Origin: Escherichia coli
Lineage (GTDB): Bacteria > Pseudomonadota > Gammaproteobacteria > Enterobacterales > Enterobacteriaceae
NCBI RefSeq assembly: GCF_022846255.1
Contig: NZ_AP025682.1
Reading direction: 5' to 3' (one strand)
DNA: 64,000 bases
Shown here: one piece after another, positions 52,979-64,000 of the stretch
Position numbering within the stretch: the stretch's first letter is position 1
How the letters are laid out: each line of letters starts with the position of its first letter
Program-made: the position numbers and the translations under genes
The notes under the pieces: generated by a model
Database searches by the model: none
The model's input: the letters and a program-made list of their open reading frames with translations, nothing else
Told to the model about the DNA's origin: nothing

Positions 52979-54372
52979 CGCAATTTATCTCCTATTAAAA
53001 ATTCCAGCGCAGCATCAAGACGAATATGCGGTAGCGGTTTGTCGACATCCATCACCTGCGGACGAAACGCCTCAAACTGGAAGCCTTGCTTATCCCAGAA
53101 CGCCTGACCTGGCAAACGTGCGGGAACTTCGCCAGGATAAACAGTGAGCGGTGCGCCATCGCTGAGTCGATTACCGCGCAGCGCCGGGATTTTCTCACCG
53201 TTAACATCAATAATGCCGCTGGTGGTCGCCTGAACTGACGCCAGCCCCAGGCAATCCATGCTGATCCCTTCGAACGCCGCATTTTGCCAGGCATCCTGAA
53301 TTAGTTGTTGCAGTAATGAAACCATATTGGCGTGCTGATCGATGGTCACATGGTCTGCTTTAGTGGCAGCAAACAATAGCTTATCGATAACCGGCGAAAA
53401 CAAACGCCGGAACAGGGTTCGCTGCCCGTAGTGGAAACTTTGCATCAGCTGCGTCAGCGCCAGACGCATATCATTAAATGCCTGTGGCCCACTGTTGAGA
53501 GGCTGCAGGCAATCCACCAGCACAATCTGGCGGTCAAAGCGCAGAAAATGATTCTTATAGAACCCCTTCACCACTTTCTCGCAGTAATAATTAAACCGCT
53601 CGCGCAGCATTCCGGCATTGGTATGCTTATCGGCCTGCGCCAGTTTGGACTCGCCCCAGGCATCGACATCCGGCCACGGGAAGAATTGCAGCGCGGGTGC
53701 TCCTGCCATATCGCCAGGCAAAACAAAGCGTCCTGGCTGAATAAAGTGCAGCCCCTGCTGTTTGCAGTGATGGAGATAATCGGTCCACGCGGCGGCAATG
53801 TCTGCCAGCCGGTTTTCGTCGGCAGGCGCTAGCGGGTCCAGCCCTTCGCACATCATTCGCCATTTCGCCGACCATTCGCCGCGCTGACCATTAAGTAAGC
53901 CCGTCATCTGGCGCGACCAGCTTAAATAGTCCTGCGCCAACATCGGCAGATCGAGCAGCCATTCGCCGGGATAATCCACAATCTCCAGATACAGCGTGGA
54001 GGTGTCCTTGAAGTGGCGTAGCAGCGAATCGTTCGATTTAAAACGTAGCGCCAGGCGGATTTCACTGACGCCGCGCGTTGGCGTCGGCCAGGCAGGAGGA
54101 TCGCCATATAACTGCGCCAGCCCTTCATCATAGGTGAAGCGCGGAATGCCAAAGTCACGCTGGGGAATGCGTTTTACGCCCAGCAGACGCTCTTCACGCA
54201 CCGCAGTTAATAGCGGCAAACGTGCTCCGGCGTGAATATTGAGCAACTGATTGACCATCGCAGTGATAAACGCCGTTTTGCCGCTGCGGCTAAGTCCGGT
54301 TACGGCGAGGCGCAGATGTCTGTCGACACCCCGATTCACCAGCGCATTAAGTTCATTTTTAAGTCGCTTCAT
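52975..54372 (-). CDS. ycjX: P-loop NTPase of unknown function (YcjX family), 465 aa
   Basis: Start at [11 protein letters not shown]; Walker A GLSRSGKT; 465 aa. Confidence 0.85.
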   Translation of the reverse strand: MKRLKNELNALVNRGVDRHLRLAVTGLSRSGKTAFITAMVNQLLNIHAGARLPLLTAVREERLLGVKRIPQRDFGIPRFTYDEGLAQLYGDPPAWPTPTRGVSEIRLALRFKSNDSLLRHFKDTSTLYLEIVDYPGEWLLDLPMLAQDYLSWSRQMTGLLNGQRGEWSAKWRMMCEGLDPLAPADENRLADIAAAWTDYLHHCKQQGLHFIQPGRFVLPGDMAGAPALQFFPWPDVDAWGESKLAQADKHTNAGMLRERFNYYCEKVVKGFYKNHFLRFDRQIVLVDCLQPLNSGPQAFNDMRLALTQLMQSFHYGQRTLFRRLFSPVIDKLLFAATKADHVTIDQHANMVSLLQQLIQDAWQNAAFEGISMDCLGLASVQATTSGIIDVNGEKIPALRGNRLSDGAPLTVYPGEVPARLPGQAFWDKQGFQFEAFRPQVMDVDKPLPHIRLDAALEFLIGDKLR

Positions 54373-54526
54373 TGCTGTCCTGTGCTGCTCTGAAGACCAG
54401 AAAAAAATCATTCGTAAGGATATGAATGTGGGGGCCAGGCCATTGATTATCAACTGCCCGTGTTGTCATCGACGGGCGAACTCCATAAGATGTGCAACAT
54501 TCACGTTCGGACGGAGTTCCTGACCT

Positions 54527-55525
54527 ATGTCCCCTACTATTTATGATATTGCCAGGGTTGCAGGCGTATCAAAATCCACCGTATCACGCGTGCTGAATAA
54601 GCAAACCAATATCTCCCCGGAAGCGCGCGAAAAAGTGTTACGGGCCATTGAAGAATTACAGTATCAACCAAACAAGCTGGCACGCGCGCTGACCTCTTCG
54701 GGTTTTGATGCCATTATGGTGATTTCTACCCGTTCGACCAAAACTACGGCGGGTAATCCGTTTTTCTCGGAAGTTTTACATGCCATCACCGCCAAAGCTG
54801 AAGAAGAAGGTTTCGACGTGATATTGCAGACGTCGCACAACCTGGCAGAAGACTTACAAAAATGCGAAAGCAAAATTAAGCAGAAAATGATTAAAGGCAT
54901 TATTATGCTAAGTTCGCCAGCGGATGAGTCATTTTTTGCCCAACTCGATAAATATGATATTCCGGTGGTGGTAATTGGCAAAGTTGAAGGTCAATATGCC
55001 CATGTTTATTCTGTCGATACCGATAATTTTGGCGACAGCATTGCGTTGACCGATGCGTTAATTGAAAGTGGGCATCAAAATATTGCCTGCCTGCATGCTC
55101 CGCTTGATGTCCATGTTTCGGTTGACCGCGTTAATGGCTATAAGCAAAGTCTGGCTGCGCATAATATTGCAGTGCGTGATGAATGGATTGTTGACGGCGG
55201 TTATACCCATGAAACAGCCTTGCAAGCCGCACGGCAATTATTAAGCCAGTCACCGTTGCCTGAGGCAGTGTTTGCTACTGACAGCCTGAAATTAATGAGC
55301 ATTTATCGTGCGGCAGCAGAGAAAAATATTGCTATTCCGCAGCAGTTAGCGGTGGTGGGTTATAGCAATGAAACGCTGTCATTTATTTTAACGCCTGCAC
55401 CGGGCGGCATCGATGTTCCGACGCAGGAGTTAGGGCAACAAAGCTGCGAGTTATTATTCCGCTTAATTGCCGGAAAACCGTCACCACAAAATATTACCGT
55501 TGCCACGCATATGTCGTTGAAATAA
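54527..55525 (+). CDS. ycjW: LacI-family transcriptional repressor, 332 aa
   Basis: N-terminal HTH ([21 protein letters not shown]) and periplasmic-binding-protein-like domain. Confidence 0.85.
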   Translation: MSPTIYDIARVAGVSKSTVSRVLNKQTNISPEAREKVLRAIEELQYQPNKLARALTSSGFDAIMVISTRSTKTTAGNPFFSEVLHAITAKAEEEGFDVILQTSHNLAEDLQKCESKIKQKMIKGIIMLSSPADESFFAQLDKYDIPVVVIGKVEGQYAHVYSVDTDNFGDSIALTDALIESGHQNIACLHAPLDVHVSVDRVNGYKQSLAAHNIAVRDEWIVDGGYTHETALQAARQLLSQSPLPEAVFATDSLKLMSIYRAAAEKNIAIPQQLAVVGYSNETLSFILTPAPGGIDVPTQELGQQSCELLFRLIAGKPSPQNITVATHMSLK

Positions 55526-55585
55526 ATGTATGCCGGATTTGGGGTTCAGTTCAGCTCGCGCCGCATCCGGCAATTTAACCCATTA

Positions 55586-56491
55586 TCAGAACGAGTAATT
55601 TACGCCGACACCTGCATAATGGAATTTATCGCTGTCGCCTTCGTCGTGATCCTGCCACTCAAACGCGTATTCCAGCGAAACGGAAAGACCATTCTGGAAA
55701 TCATAACCGTAAAATAACCCCACACGGTTAAAATCATGGCCTTCACGTTCAATATCATCCTGCCAGTCCCAGTTACTCCAGCGATCCAGCCCAATGCGCA
55801 TATACGGCGTCACCGAGTGGTTGCCGAGCGTCAGCGGCAAATAGGCACGAATTTCTTGCGTGGAAAACTCACCGTTATTGCGGCTGTCGTCCATATTGAA
55901 GCCGCGCTCGAGATAATAGTTCACTCGCAAAGCAACCGTTTCGTTGAAGGTATATTGCAGACCTGTTTCCGTTTCGACTCGGGTATCAGCGTAACCGGTC
56001 GTGTTCAGATCGTTGGCAAATTTATACATCGATAACCAACCGTTGAAACGTAAATCGTCAGTCAGTTTCACATCCCAGTCTGGCGCGATTTTCCAGCGCT
56101 GCATATTCGCCGTGTCTTTACCCGGTTCATCAACGTAGTGATAACCATAATTACGAAAACCGCCGGTCAGGCCGAAACTGAAATCATCGCTTTCGAGGAA
56201 CTGATAATGCACCTCCAGCTCCGGGCGATCAAACCACGTTCCACGTTTACCCGCGCTATAATCTACCGGCCCTTCCTGATAATAGGCCAGAGAAATTCTC
56301 CACGGCCCGTTGGCGGCATTAAAATAGACAGAAGGCTCCGCGAGCCCATCCATATCTTCGCCATAACCCTCGACGTTTTCTATTTCGTACATCGCGCCGA
56401 TATTAAAGTGCCAGTCGTTCTTTTCCTCGGCCTGTGCGCAGGCCATTCCCGCACACATCACCAGTGCGGTACAGGGTAATAACTTTTTCAT
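55586..56491 (-). CDS. ompG: Outer membrane porin G, 301 aa
   Basis: Signal peptide and beta-barrel ending in an aromatic residue (…GVNYSF); 301 aa. Confidence 0.9.
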   Translation of the reverse strand: MKKLLPCTALVMCAGMACAQAEEKNDWHFNIGAMYEIENVEGYGEDMDGLAEPSVYFNAANGPWRISLAYYQEGPVDYSAGKRGTWFDRPELEVHYQFLESDDFSFGLTGGFRNYGYHYVDEPGKDTANMQRWKIAPDWDVKLTDDLRFNGWLSMYKFANDLNTTGYADTRVETETGLQYTFNETVALRVNYYLERGFNMDDSRNNGEFSTQEIRAYLPLTLGNHSVTPYMRIGLDRWSNWDWQDDIEREGHDFNRVGLFYGYDFQNGLSVSLEYAFEWQDHDEGDSDKFHYAGVGVNYSF

Positions 56492-56535
56492 AATTGTTCC
56501 TTGTATTATCCTGGGGGAATGCCTTCCCCCTGTAT

Positions 56536-57618
56536 TTAGCGAATTGCTATTTCCGTTTCTGCATCAAAGAAATGACATTTAGTCATATCAAAATGAATAG
56601 TGATATTTTCTCCTGCATGATAATCATTTAACGCACCAGCACGGACCACCAGTTCGTGCCCCCCAACCGTGGTGTAGAGCATAAATTCAGCACCGGTTAA
56701 TTCTGCCACGCTAATTTTGGCGGAAATGTTATTTTCCTCTTGCGCGTCCGGATGAATATCTTCCGGGCGTATTCCCATCACGATGGGCTTATGCAAACTT
56801 TCCTGTGTTTTCAGAACCGCTAATTTCTCTTCGGGAATGGTTAATTTAAGCGTTTCAGTAACGAATTTATCGCCATCGATCGTGCCGCGAATAAAATTCA
56901 TCGCCGGTGATCCAATAAATCCGGCAACAAACATATTCGCGGGTTGGTTATAAACCGTTTTCGGCGCACCTACTTGCTGAACAATCCCATCCTTCATAAT
57001 CACAATCCGCGTCGCCATGGTCATCGCTTCGGTCTGATCGTGGGTCACGTAGATCATGGTGGTGTTCAGTTTCTGATGCAGCTTGCTGATCTCTGCGCGC
57101 ATTTGTACGCGCAGCTTGGCATCAAGGTTAGAGAGCGGTTCATCCATTAAAAACACGCCCGCTTCGCGCACAATCGCCCGCCCGAGCGCCACACGCTGGC
57201 GTTGCCCGCCAGAAAGCGCCCCCGGCTTGCGTTTCAGGTACTCACGCAGGCCGAGAATTTGCGCCGCCCAGTTCACCCGCTCATCAATCACCTCTTTGGC
57301 GATTTTTTGCATCTTCAGGCCAAACGCCATGTTGTCGTAGACCGTCATATGCGGATACAGCGCGTAGTTCTGGAACACCATCGCAATATTGCGCGCTTTG
57401 GCTGGAACGTCATTCATTCGTTTGCCGTCGATCAACAGATCGCCGCCGCTGATCTCCTCAAGCCCGGCAATCATGCGCAGGGTGGTCGATTTACCGCAGC
57501 CTGACGGACCGACAAAGACAATGAACTCTTTATCGGCAATTTCCAGGTTGAAGTCCTTCACCACATGCACCTGGTTATCGTAGATTTTTTGAATATGTTG
57601 TAACGAAAGCTGAGCCAT
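56536..57618 (-). CDS. ycjV: ABC transporter ATP-binding protein (MalK/UgpC-like), full-length 360 aa
   Basis: Walker A GPSGCGKST, ABC signature LSGGQRQR and Walker B; full-length here, whereas ycjV is recalled as truncated in K-12. Confidence 0.85.
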   Translation of the reverse strand: MAQLSLQHIQKIYDNQVHVVKDFNLEIADKEFIVFVGPSGCGKSTTLRMIAGLEEISGGDLLIDGKRMNDVPAKARNIAMVFQNYALYPHMTVYDNMAFGLKMQKIAKEVIDERVNWAAQILGLREYLKRKPGALSGGQRQRVALGRAIVREAGVFLMDEPLSNLDAKLRVQMRAEISKLHQKLNTTMIYVTHDQTEAMTMATRIVIMKDGIVQQVGAPKTVYNQPANMFVAGFIGSPAMNFIRGTIDGDKFVTETLKLTIPEEKLAVLKTQESLHKPIVMGIRPEDIHPDAQEENNISAKISVAELTGAEFMLYTTVGGHELVVRAGALNDYHAGENITIHFDMTKCHFFDAETEIAIR

Positions 57619-57631
57619 GTTGATTCCTTTG

Positions 57632-58291
57632 CTATACGTTTTGCCAGAAGGCCGATAACCGCGGCCAGGTCAGGGAGTCCGTTGAGGGCAACAATAATTG
57701 CGCCCCGGTTAAGCCCGCGCCGATCCCCACCGAGCGCATACCGCTGGCGTTAATGGCGTCAATGCCCGCCTGCGCATCTTCAATACCGATACATGCCTGC
57801 GGCGGCACGCCCAGTCCGGCACAGGCGGCGAGAAAGATTTCCGGGTCCGGTTTCGAGTTTTTAAGTTGGGAAGCGTCCGCGCAGAAGGTGAAAAACTCGC
57901 GCAGCTCCAGCGCTGCTAAAATCGTCGGCGCATTCAGGGAGACAGAAGCCAGCCCTATAGGGATCTGCTGTGCGCAGAGATCTGTCAGCAAAGAGCGAAT
58001 GCCGGGCAGCACAGCATTAACCGTCAGTTCGCGCAGTGAGTGGACGTAGAGCAGATTTTTGCGATACGCCAGTTGCGCCCTTTCCTGCGGGTTAAAGTCG
58101 CCCTCTTTGCCCCCGTGTTGCAGAATGCGTCGCAGAGACTCATCGCGGCTGATCCCTTTTAGGGATTCGTTAAACTGCGCATCAATGCTGATGCCAATTT
58201 CAGCGGCAATCTGCTGCCACGCCTTGAAATGCAGATGCGCGGTATCGGTGATTACACCATCCAGATCGAAAATTACCCCTTGCAGTTTCAT
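57632..58291 (-). CDS. ycjU: Beta-phosphoglucomutase (HAD superfamily), 219 aa
   Basis: HAD motif I ([12 protein letters not shown]); 219 aa. Confidence 0.85.
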   Translation of the reverse strand: MKLQGVIFDLDGVITDTAHLHFKAWQQIAAEIGISIDAQFNESLKGISRDESLRRILQHGGKEGDFNPQERAQLAYRKNLLYVHSLRELTVNAVLPGIRSLLTDLCAQQIPIGLASVSLNAPTILAALELREFFTFCADASQLKNSKPDPEIFLAACAGLGVPPQACIGIEDAQAGIDAINASGMRSVGIGAGLTGAQLLLPSTDSLTWPRLSAFWQNV

Positions 58292-60555
58292 TCATCCTCC
58301 TGATGCGTGGTAGCGGTCCCATTGAAGGGCAAAATAAAATCACCCAAACAGAAAACAGATTCTTCAGCCACAGATATAAGCTGCCCGTTCAAACGCAGTG
58401 AAACGGGCGCAGAAGTTCGAATCGCAATACGCTGCGCGTCGAGAGTGACCTGTAATTCGCAGCCCTGCCAGAACAGAGGGAAAGACAACTGTTGCCACTG
58501 CACAGGTAACGCCGGATTCAAATTTAATTCACCGTCACGCACGCTCACCCCGGCAAAACCCTGAATCGCCCCCAGCCAGATAGCGCCAGTTGCGGCAGCA
58601 TGGATACCGTCGTCGCAGCTATGCGGGTCAGCACCGAGATCGATTTCAGTCCCCTCCCGCCAGAACTGATAACTTTGCGCCAACAGGCCACAGCGTGCGG
58701 CAACAATGCCGTGGATCGCTTTACTTAATGACGAGTCGTGAATAGTGCGCGGTTCATAAAATTGCAGATTGGCAAGACACGATGCCGCTGAGAACTGCTC
58801 CGGCAGCATGTAATTGAGCATCACCACATCAGCTTGTTTGAGGATCTGCATCTCGTTCACTTCTGCGCGTGAATAATCCAGCAGAATGGTTTGCTTCCCC
58901 GCCGCCGCTTTGTATTTCGCCAGATTAATCACCGGCTTAGCCATAAACGAATCATCCTGCGGCAAAACGCCGTCGGGCTGAATTTCTGGCAGCCGCAGTT
59001 CTTTGAGGTACATTTCTGCACGATGAATAAACGCGTCGTCGCTACAGCCAAACTGACGAGCGATATTCAGCGCCTGCTGGACGTTGTAATACGCCATATA
59101 GCTGGTGAAGGCGTTATTATTGACATGTTCGGTATATTCGTCTGGCCCAATAACATCATGAATTTCCAGACGGTCGTTAACCCTCACCGCGCGGCTAATC
59201 CAGAACTTTGCTGTCTCCAGAAGTAGCGCCATGCCTTCATGAGCAATGAAACTTTCATCCCCCGTGGTCCGCCAGTATTGAATAACCGCCCAGGCGATAT
59301 CGGCCACCAGATGATGTTCCGCCTGCGCAGAGGCCACTTTTTGCCGCAACCCGGTGCGAATGTTAATGGCGGCAAATTCCGGCGTCTCTTCTTCGCCGCT
59401 GCGCGCGCTTTCCCACGGAAATAGCGCGCCCTGCCAGCCGTTGCGTCGCGCTTTCTCCTGCGCGCCTGTCAAGTTGTGCCAGCGATAACGCAGTAAACTT
59501 CTGGCAATCGTCGGTTCGCTAAACAGATGGAACGGCAGTAAAAATACTTCCGTATCCCAGAAAACGTGGCCTTTGTAGCCTTCCCCGGTCAAACCTTTTG
59601 CCGCAATACTGCTGCGCTCGTCGTGAGCAGGCGTCATGATGCGTAGGTGATAAAGCGCATAATCTAACGCTTGCTGATCGTGCGCATCGCCGCCGTTTAC
59701 CGTGATACGACGTTTCTGCCACCACTGACGCCAGTTTTCTGTGGATGCTGCAAGAAGTTGGTCGTAACTCTGCTGCGCACACATTTCAAGCTGACGAAGC
59801 GATGCACTACCCCACTCGTCTAAAGCGGCTTGTCTGTCGTCCCGCCAGTCGATCCACACCAGTTTTTGCAGCGTCAACGTCTCACCTGCGTGAAGCTGCG
59901 CGCAGGTATGTTGCAGTAAACGGCGCTCTTTGGCGGTATAGCATTGCTGCACATCACCGCTCACCTTACAGCAACAGCTGATGGCCACATCACTGCGCCC
60001 ATCCTGGGTGGTGTAGATCCCCTGCATCAGATGCTGACCAAACACCCGCACCTGGGTTTCGTCGAGATGCTGGCGACCGTGATTGGTTTGCGTGGCGTCA
60101 ATGCCTGTTGAAATCAGCACTGACGCGTTGGCGTCCAGCGGGGTAATACTGATTTCCAGCGCGATCAGCGGCAGTTGGTCTGCCGAAACAAAGCGACGGC
60201 TGGCGATGGTGTAACCAGTGCCGTTGCTGGTACGCCAGACAACGTTGCGACGTAATTCGCCACTGGCAAAGTTAAGCTCACGCTGCCATGCTTCGCGGGA
60301 TAACGAGATAATCTCACCATTTATGGCAATCTCCATCCCCACGACATCAGGCAGGTTCACCAGTTCGTTGATTTCACCTTTACCCGCCCGATGATAAAGC
60401 CCTGCCAGATACATGCCGCGCGTCTGGCGCGTGTAATCTTCTTCATGGCTGGCGCGAAGCCCAAGATAGCCGTTCCCCTGCGCCATCAGCGAAGCATACT
60501 TGTTCAGGGTATGCTGGCTGAAATGGGGTTCCGTTAACGTTACTGGCCTGATCAT
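58288..60555 (-). CDS. ycjT: Glycoside hydrolase family 65 phosphorylase (kojibiose phosphorylase), 755 aa
   Basis: 755 aa GH65-type ORF; overlaps ycjU by 4 bp. Confidence 0.85.
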   Translation of the reverse strand: MIRPVTLTEPHFSQHTLNKYASLMAQGNGYLGLRASHEEDYTRQTRGMYLAGLYHRAGKGEINELVNLPDVVGMEIAINGEIISLSREAWQRELNFASGELRRNVVWRTSNGTGYTIASRRFVSADQLPLIALEISITPLDANASVLISTGIDATQTNHGRQHLDETQVRVFGQHLMQGIYTTQDGRSDVAISCCCKVSGDVQQCYTAKERRLLQHTCAQLHAGETLTLQKLVWIDWRDDRQAALDEWGSASLRQLEMCAQQSYDQLLAASTENWRQWWQKRRITVNGGDAHDQQALDYALYHLRIMTPAHDERSSIAAKGLTGEGYKGHVFWDTEVFLLPFHLFSEPTIARSLLRYRWHNLTGAQEKARRNGWQGALFPWESARSGEEETPEFAAINIRTGLRQKVASAQAEHHLVADIAWAVIQYWRTTGDESFIAHEGMALLLETAKFWISRAVRVNDRLEIHDVIGPDEYTEHVNNNAFTSYMAYYNVQQALNIARQFGCSDDAFIHRAEMYLKELRLPEIQPDGVLPQDDSFMAKPVINLAKYKAAAGKQTILLDYSRAEVNEMQILKQADVVMLNYMLPEQFSAASCLANLQFYEPRTIHDSSLSKAIHGIVAARCGLLAQSYQFWREGTEIDLGADPHSCDDGIHAAATGAIWLGAIQGFAGVSVRDGELNLNPALPVQWQQLSFPLFWQGCELQVTLDAQRIAIRTSAPVSLRLNGQLISVAEESVFCLGDFILPFNGTATTHQEDE

Positions 60556-61607
60556 AATTCCACACGCGTCCCTGTTTCTGCGGATTGATACAACGCCGCC
60601 ACCAGTTGCTGGATGATGTATCCCTGCTCGGCGTCGGCTATCATCACGGGCTTACCTTGTACGTGGTTGATAAAGGCTTCCATACTGCGCAGATGACGGT
60701 TGTCGTCTGCCATTTCCCGTTGCATCAGCGTCATTAACTCACCGTTGTTATCGGTGTAGATATGTGCTGGAAACAGCGTCGCCCCGGCTTTATCACCACA
60801 AAAGCTGACGTTCATAATCGACTGTTCGCGGATGTTGAGTGCAAATGAGGTCTCAAGCCACAGAATGCCGCCGTTATGAAATTCAATGGTGCCAAACAGC
60901 GAATCTTCGACGCTGTAGGTTGCCGGGTCCCACTCGCCAAATTGACCGCAGCTCTTTTGCGTGCCGATCTTTTGAAAGCTATGCGCAGTCACGCTTTTCA
61001 CCGCTGGAAAACCCAGCACATACATCGCCGCATCCAGCATATGAATGCCGATGTCGATCAGCGGGCCTCCGCCCTGCAATTCTTTATTAGTAAAGACACC
61101 CCAGCCGGGAACACCGCAACGACGCAGGGCGCGGGCGGTGGTAACGTAAATCTCTCCCAAAACGCCGTTGGTCACCTGTTCACGCAGCTGTTGCGTATCG
61201 AGTGCAAAACGATGGTGAAAGTCGTAGGCCAGCACCTTGCCCTGTTTGCGCGCGGTATCGCACATTTCCCGCGCCTGTTCTGGCGTCATGGCGGGCGGTT
61301 TTTCGCACATCACATGGCAGCCCGCTTCCAGCGCCATCAGGGTATGTTCGTAATGAAAACGGTTAGGTGAGCAGACGCTAACCACATCAGGTTTCACCGC
61401 CAGCAGCATGGCCTGCGGATCGTCCCACACGGATGCATTCCCGTATTTTTCTGCCAGCGCCTGCGCCTGGGAAAGGCGGCTGTCACAGACAGCCACCAGT
61501 TCCAGATCGTTGCGGGTGCAGTAGTACGAAGCATGAACTTTATCCGCCACCTGGCCCGCGCCTATGATCGCGACTCGCAGCGGAGAGCTTGTCATTGCAC
61601 TTTTCAC
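60552..61607 (-). CDS. ycjS: Gfo/Idh/MocA-family NAD(P)-dependent oxidoreductase, 351 aa
   Basis: N-terminal Rossmann motif (VAIIGAGQVADKVH); 351 aa. Confidence 0.85.
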   Translation of the reverse strand: MKSAMTSSPLRVAIIGAGQVADKVHASYYCTRNDLELVAVCDSRLSQAQALAEKYGNASVWDDPQAMLLAVKPDVVSVCSPNRFHYEHTLMALEAGCHVMCEKPPAMTPEQAREMCDTARKQGKVLAYDFHHRFALDTQQLREQVTNGVLGEIYVTTARALRRCGVPGWGVFTNKELQGGGPLIDIGIHMLDAAMYVLGFPAVKSVTAHSFQKIGTQKSCGQFGEWDPATYSVEDSLFGTIEFHNGGILWLETSFALNIREQSIMNVSFCGDKAGATLFPAHIYTDNNGELMTLMQREMADDNRHLRSMEAFINHVQGKPVMIADAEQGYIIQQLVAALYQSAETGTRVEL

Positions 61608-61616
61608 AAAGACCTC

Positions 61617-62414
61617 TTAGCAGGTACGCACCCAGGCCAACGAATCACGGTACGCCTGGGCAGGATCTTCTGCCCGGATACGCCCTTCATACACCACATA
61701 ACCCTGATAGTTATCGGCGCGCAGCTGTTCAAACAGCGCGTGGAAATCGAGGGTGCCGCTGCCCGGCTGGTAACGATGGTTATCGGCAATATGCACATGA
61801 CCGAGCAAGTCGCGGTTGTCGTGCAACGCCTGCGCCAGGTTATCTTCTTCGATATTCATGTGATAGAAATCGCCGATAATCTGCACATGTTTAAGATTGT
61901 TTTCGACGATGTAACGACGAGCATCGGCGAGGGTGTTGATCATGTGATCCTGATAGCGGTTTAACGGTTCGAGGTACACCACGGTTCCGGTACGTGCGGC
62001 CGCCTGTTCCAGTACGCGCAGGGAATCACTCACCATTTTGCGGTCGCCGTCCAGGCTACGCGGCGAGGTCATCGGCGGTAAGCGGAAGGTAAACATGCCC
62101 CATGCAGCCGGAACGACGATACCTTTACCGCCCACTTCTGCCAGCGCTTCAAGAATGCGTTCGATCTGCTTTAAGCCATTAAGTCGACGCTCTTCGATAA
62201 AGTCGCCAATCCAACCGTCATAGCCACCGCAGGCGGTGGTCACCGGTAAACCGGTTTCTTTGATTGCTGCTTTGACTTCTTCGAGATTGTTGACCAGCAG
62301 TTTGCCGTCAATCTCAAAACCATCGAAACCCATCTCTTTGATATAACGAAATTTCTCCAGAATGTTTTCCGGAAAGAACGCCTGATTCTGTGTGCCGATT
62401 TTCATTCTTTTCAT
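61617..62414 (-). CDS. ycjR: Sugar phosphate isomerase/epimerase (xylose-isomerase-like TIM barrel)
   Basis: TIM-barrel AP-endonuclease-2-like protein; position between ycjS and ycjQ. Confidence 0.85.
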   Translation of the reverse strand: MKRMKIGTQNQAFFPENILEKFRYIKEMGFDGFEIDGKLLVNNLEEVKAAIKETGLPVTTACGGYDGWIGDFIEERRLNGLKQIERILEALAEVGGKGIVVPAAWGMFTFRLPPMTSPRSLDGDRKMVSDSLRVLEQAAARTGTVVYLEPLNRYQDHMINTLADARRYIVENNLKHVQIIGDFYHMNIEEDNLAQALHDNRDLLGHVHIADNHRYQPGSGTLDFHALFEQLRADNYQGYVVYEGRIRAEDPAQAYRDSLAWVRTC

Positions 62415-62423
62415 TCCTTTGAA

Positions 62424-63476
62424 TTAAAACGTGACGCCCATTTTGATGCTCTTTTCCGGATGCTGGTCGACATACTGCATGTAGCTTTCCGGGCTGTTGG
62501 CAAAGGTCACCACCGGGTCGATTAAATCTTCACAATTGAGATAACCGTTCATCAGCAGTTCCCAACAGGTTTCTTCGATACGTTTGCGGCTCCAGCGCGG
62601 ATAATCCGGGTTCGGCTCGCTGCACGCACGGGAGAAAACAATTTTGGCGTTATTGAAATGGGCTTCGCGTCCGAGGTTAAAACCTTCGGCAAACGGTTTG
62701 GCAAACGCGACATACGAGATGGTGCCGCCATATGCTAGGCCGCGAAGCGCCGATTGCAGCGCGTCGGCGTAACCGCTGGTTTCGATAATCACATCGGCAC
62801 CCTGCTTGCCGGTCAGCGTTTTGATCTCTTTGCCTACGTCAGTGCCAATAGGGTTAAGGCAGAAATCCGCACCGTGTCGACGAGCAATATCACAACGATG
62901 GGCAATAGGATCGACGCCAATTACCACCGATGCGCCAGCGCGTTTCGCCAGTTGGATGGCAATTTGACCGATCGCGCCAAGCCCTACCACCACGACAAAA
63001 TCCCCTACGCGTACGTTGGCATCGCGCACGCCGCTCATGGCAAACTGCGCCGGGTCGTAGCAGACGGCGTTTTTCCAGGAGCTGCCTTGCGGCATTTTGC
63101 GCAGCTTGTAGTTATTCACTGCGTTAATGATGACCGTCTCGGAGAGCGGGCCGTAGCCGCATACGCTGTCGCCCACCGCGTAGTCGTTAACGTCGCTGCC
63201 GCACTCGATAATGTCGCCAACCACCATGTTGCCAAGCTGGAACTTGCCAAACTCAATGCCGCGCGGCGCATCTGCCGGACGCGGGGTGAACATCTGCCAT
63301 TCGCCATTAAAGTCGTCATTAATAAACGGGCTGGCGGCGCGGAAATCAACCACTTCCGTCCCGTGTTTCGGCGCGCCGAATCGCACGCGGATCTTCACTT
63401 CATTGGCTGAAATCGCCCGATCTTCATACTCAACCAGCGCAGCAACGCGCGGTGCTGTGGCTACTAACTTTTTCAT
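62424..63476 (-). CDS. ycjQ: Zinc-type alcohol dehydrogenase-like sugar dehydrogenase, 350 aa
   Basis: MDR fold with NAD-binding GLGAIGQIAIQLAK region; 350 aa. Confidence 0.85.
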   Translation of the reverse strand: MKKLVATAPRVAALVEYEDRAISANEVKIRVRFGAPKHGTEVVDFRAASPFINDDFNGEWQMFTPRPADAPRGIEFGKFQLGNMVVGDIIECGSDVNDYAVGDSVCGYGPLSETVIINAVNNYKLRKMPQGSSWKNAVCYDPAQFAMSGVRDANVRVGDFVVVVGLGAIGQIAIQLAKRAGASVVIGVDPIAHRCDIARRHGADFCLNPIGTDVGKEIKTLTGKQGADVIIETSGYADALQSALRGLAYGGTISYVAFAKPFAEGFNLGREAHFNNAKIVFSRACSEPNPDYPRWSRKRIEETCWELLMNGYLNCEDLIDPVVTFANSPESYMQYVDQHPEKSIKMGVTF

Positions 63477-63506
63477 GTAAAACTCCTTGTCAAGAAACTG
63501 GCCGCT

Positions 63507-64000
63507 TTAGCCCTTCACGCCACCGGCGGTCAAACCACTCTTAATAAAATGTTCCGAAAGCGCATACATAATCACCACTGGCAATGCGGTCACCAGCGAG
63601 GCCGCCATCATCCGTCCCCAGATGTAATCAGGCGTACTGAACAGCGCGTTCAGGCCCACTGGTAAGGTGAAATTGCTGGCGCTGGAGAGGAAAATCGACG
63701 CAAACAGATAGTCGTTCCACGCCACCATAAAGCAGTAGACAAACACCGATATCAGCCCGGACATCGCCAGGGGCACGGTGATACGGAAGATAATTTGCAG
63801 ACGATTGAGGCCATCCATCATCGCCGCTTCTTCGATCTCATCAGGGATGGTGTCGAAGTAGCTTTTCAGCATAAACACGGCGGTGGGCAGGGTTTGCGTC
63901 ACCATGGTAATGATCAGCGCCATCTCGGTGTCGTAAATGCCAAGTGCGGTGATGATTTTGAACAGCGGCACCACCAGCAAAATGCCGGAGAACATGTACA
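63507..64000 (-). CDS. ycjP: ABC transporter permease, 3' portion only (gene continues past the window end)
   Basis: Binding-protein-dependent permease with EAA-like loop (TIPDEIEEAAMMDGL); the 5' end lies beyond position 64000. Confidence 0.8.
   Translation of the reverse strand, partial: YMFSGILLVVPLFKIITALGIYDTEMALIITMVTQTLPTAVFMLKSYFDTIPDEIEEAAMMDGLNRLQIIFRITVPLAMSGLISVFVYCFMVAWNDYLFASIFLSSASNFTLPVGLNALFSTPDYIWGRMMAASLVTALPVVIMYALSEHFIKSGLTAGGVKG

Overview
This window reads as a contiguous Escherichia coli chromosomal segment (K-12 gene names used), running ydcI-trg-hokB-ydcA-rydC-cybB-gapC-aldA-ydcF-hrpA-azoR-ydbC ... ydbL-ynbE-ydbH-ldhA-hslJ-ydbJ-ydbK-micC-ompN-uspF ... ttcA-dbpA-fnrS-zntB-dgcM-smrA ... 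mcaS-ogt-fnr-uspE-ynaJ-ynaI-mppA-ycjZ-ycjY-ymjC-mpaA-ycjG-tpx-tyrR-ycjF-ycjX-ycjW-ompG-ycjVUTSRQ-ycjP(partial). All identifications are from reading the six-frame translations and recalling the protein families, K-12 gene order and published sRNA sequences; no database search or computation was run. Four places depart from the K-12 layout as I remember it: (1) the paa/fea/tynA cluster and ydbD/ynbA-D are absent, leaving a paaY-like gene and an AraC-family C-terminal remnant; (2) where K-12 carries the Rac prophage next to ttcA there is only a ~2 kb AT-rich remnant with an integrase 3' fragment and a frameshifted ABC-3 metal permease fragment; (3) the abgRABT operon is absent and an AraC regulator plus an EmrAB-like MFP/MFS efflux pair sits between mcaS and smrA; (4) gapC, ymjC and ycjV are full-length. 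I found no CRISPR array, tRNA/rRNA, intact transposase or recognisable multi-gene defence system. The most interesting unexplained signals are a ~27 bp imperfect direct repeat lying upstream of both mppA and mpaA and flanking the ycjZ-ycjY-ymjC block, a 57-codon Xaa-Pro-repeat ORF with a strong RBS just upstream of dbpA, and small unannotated ORF/terminator signals in the AT-rich remnant.
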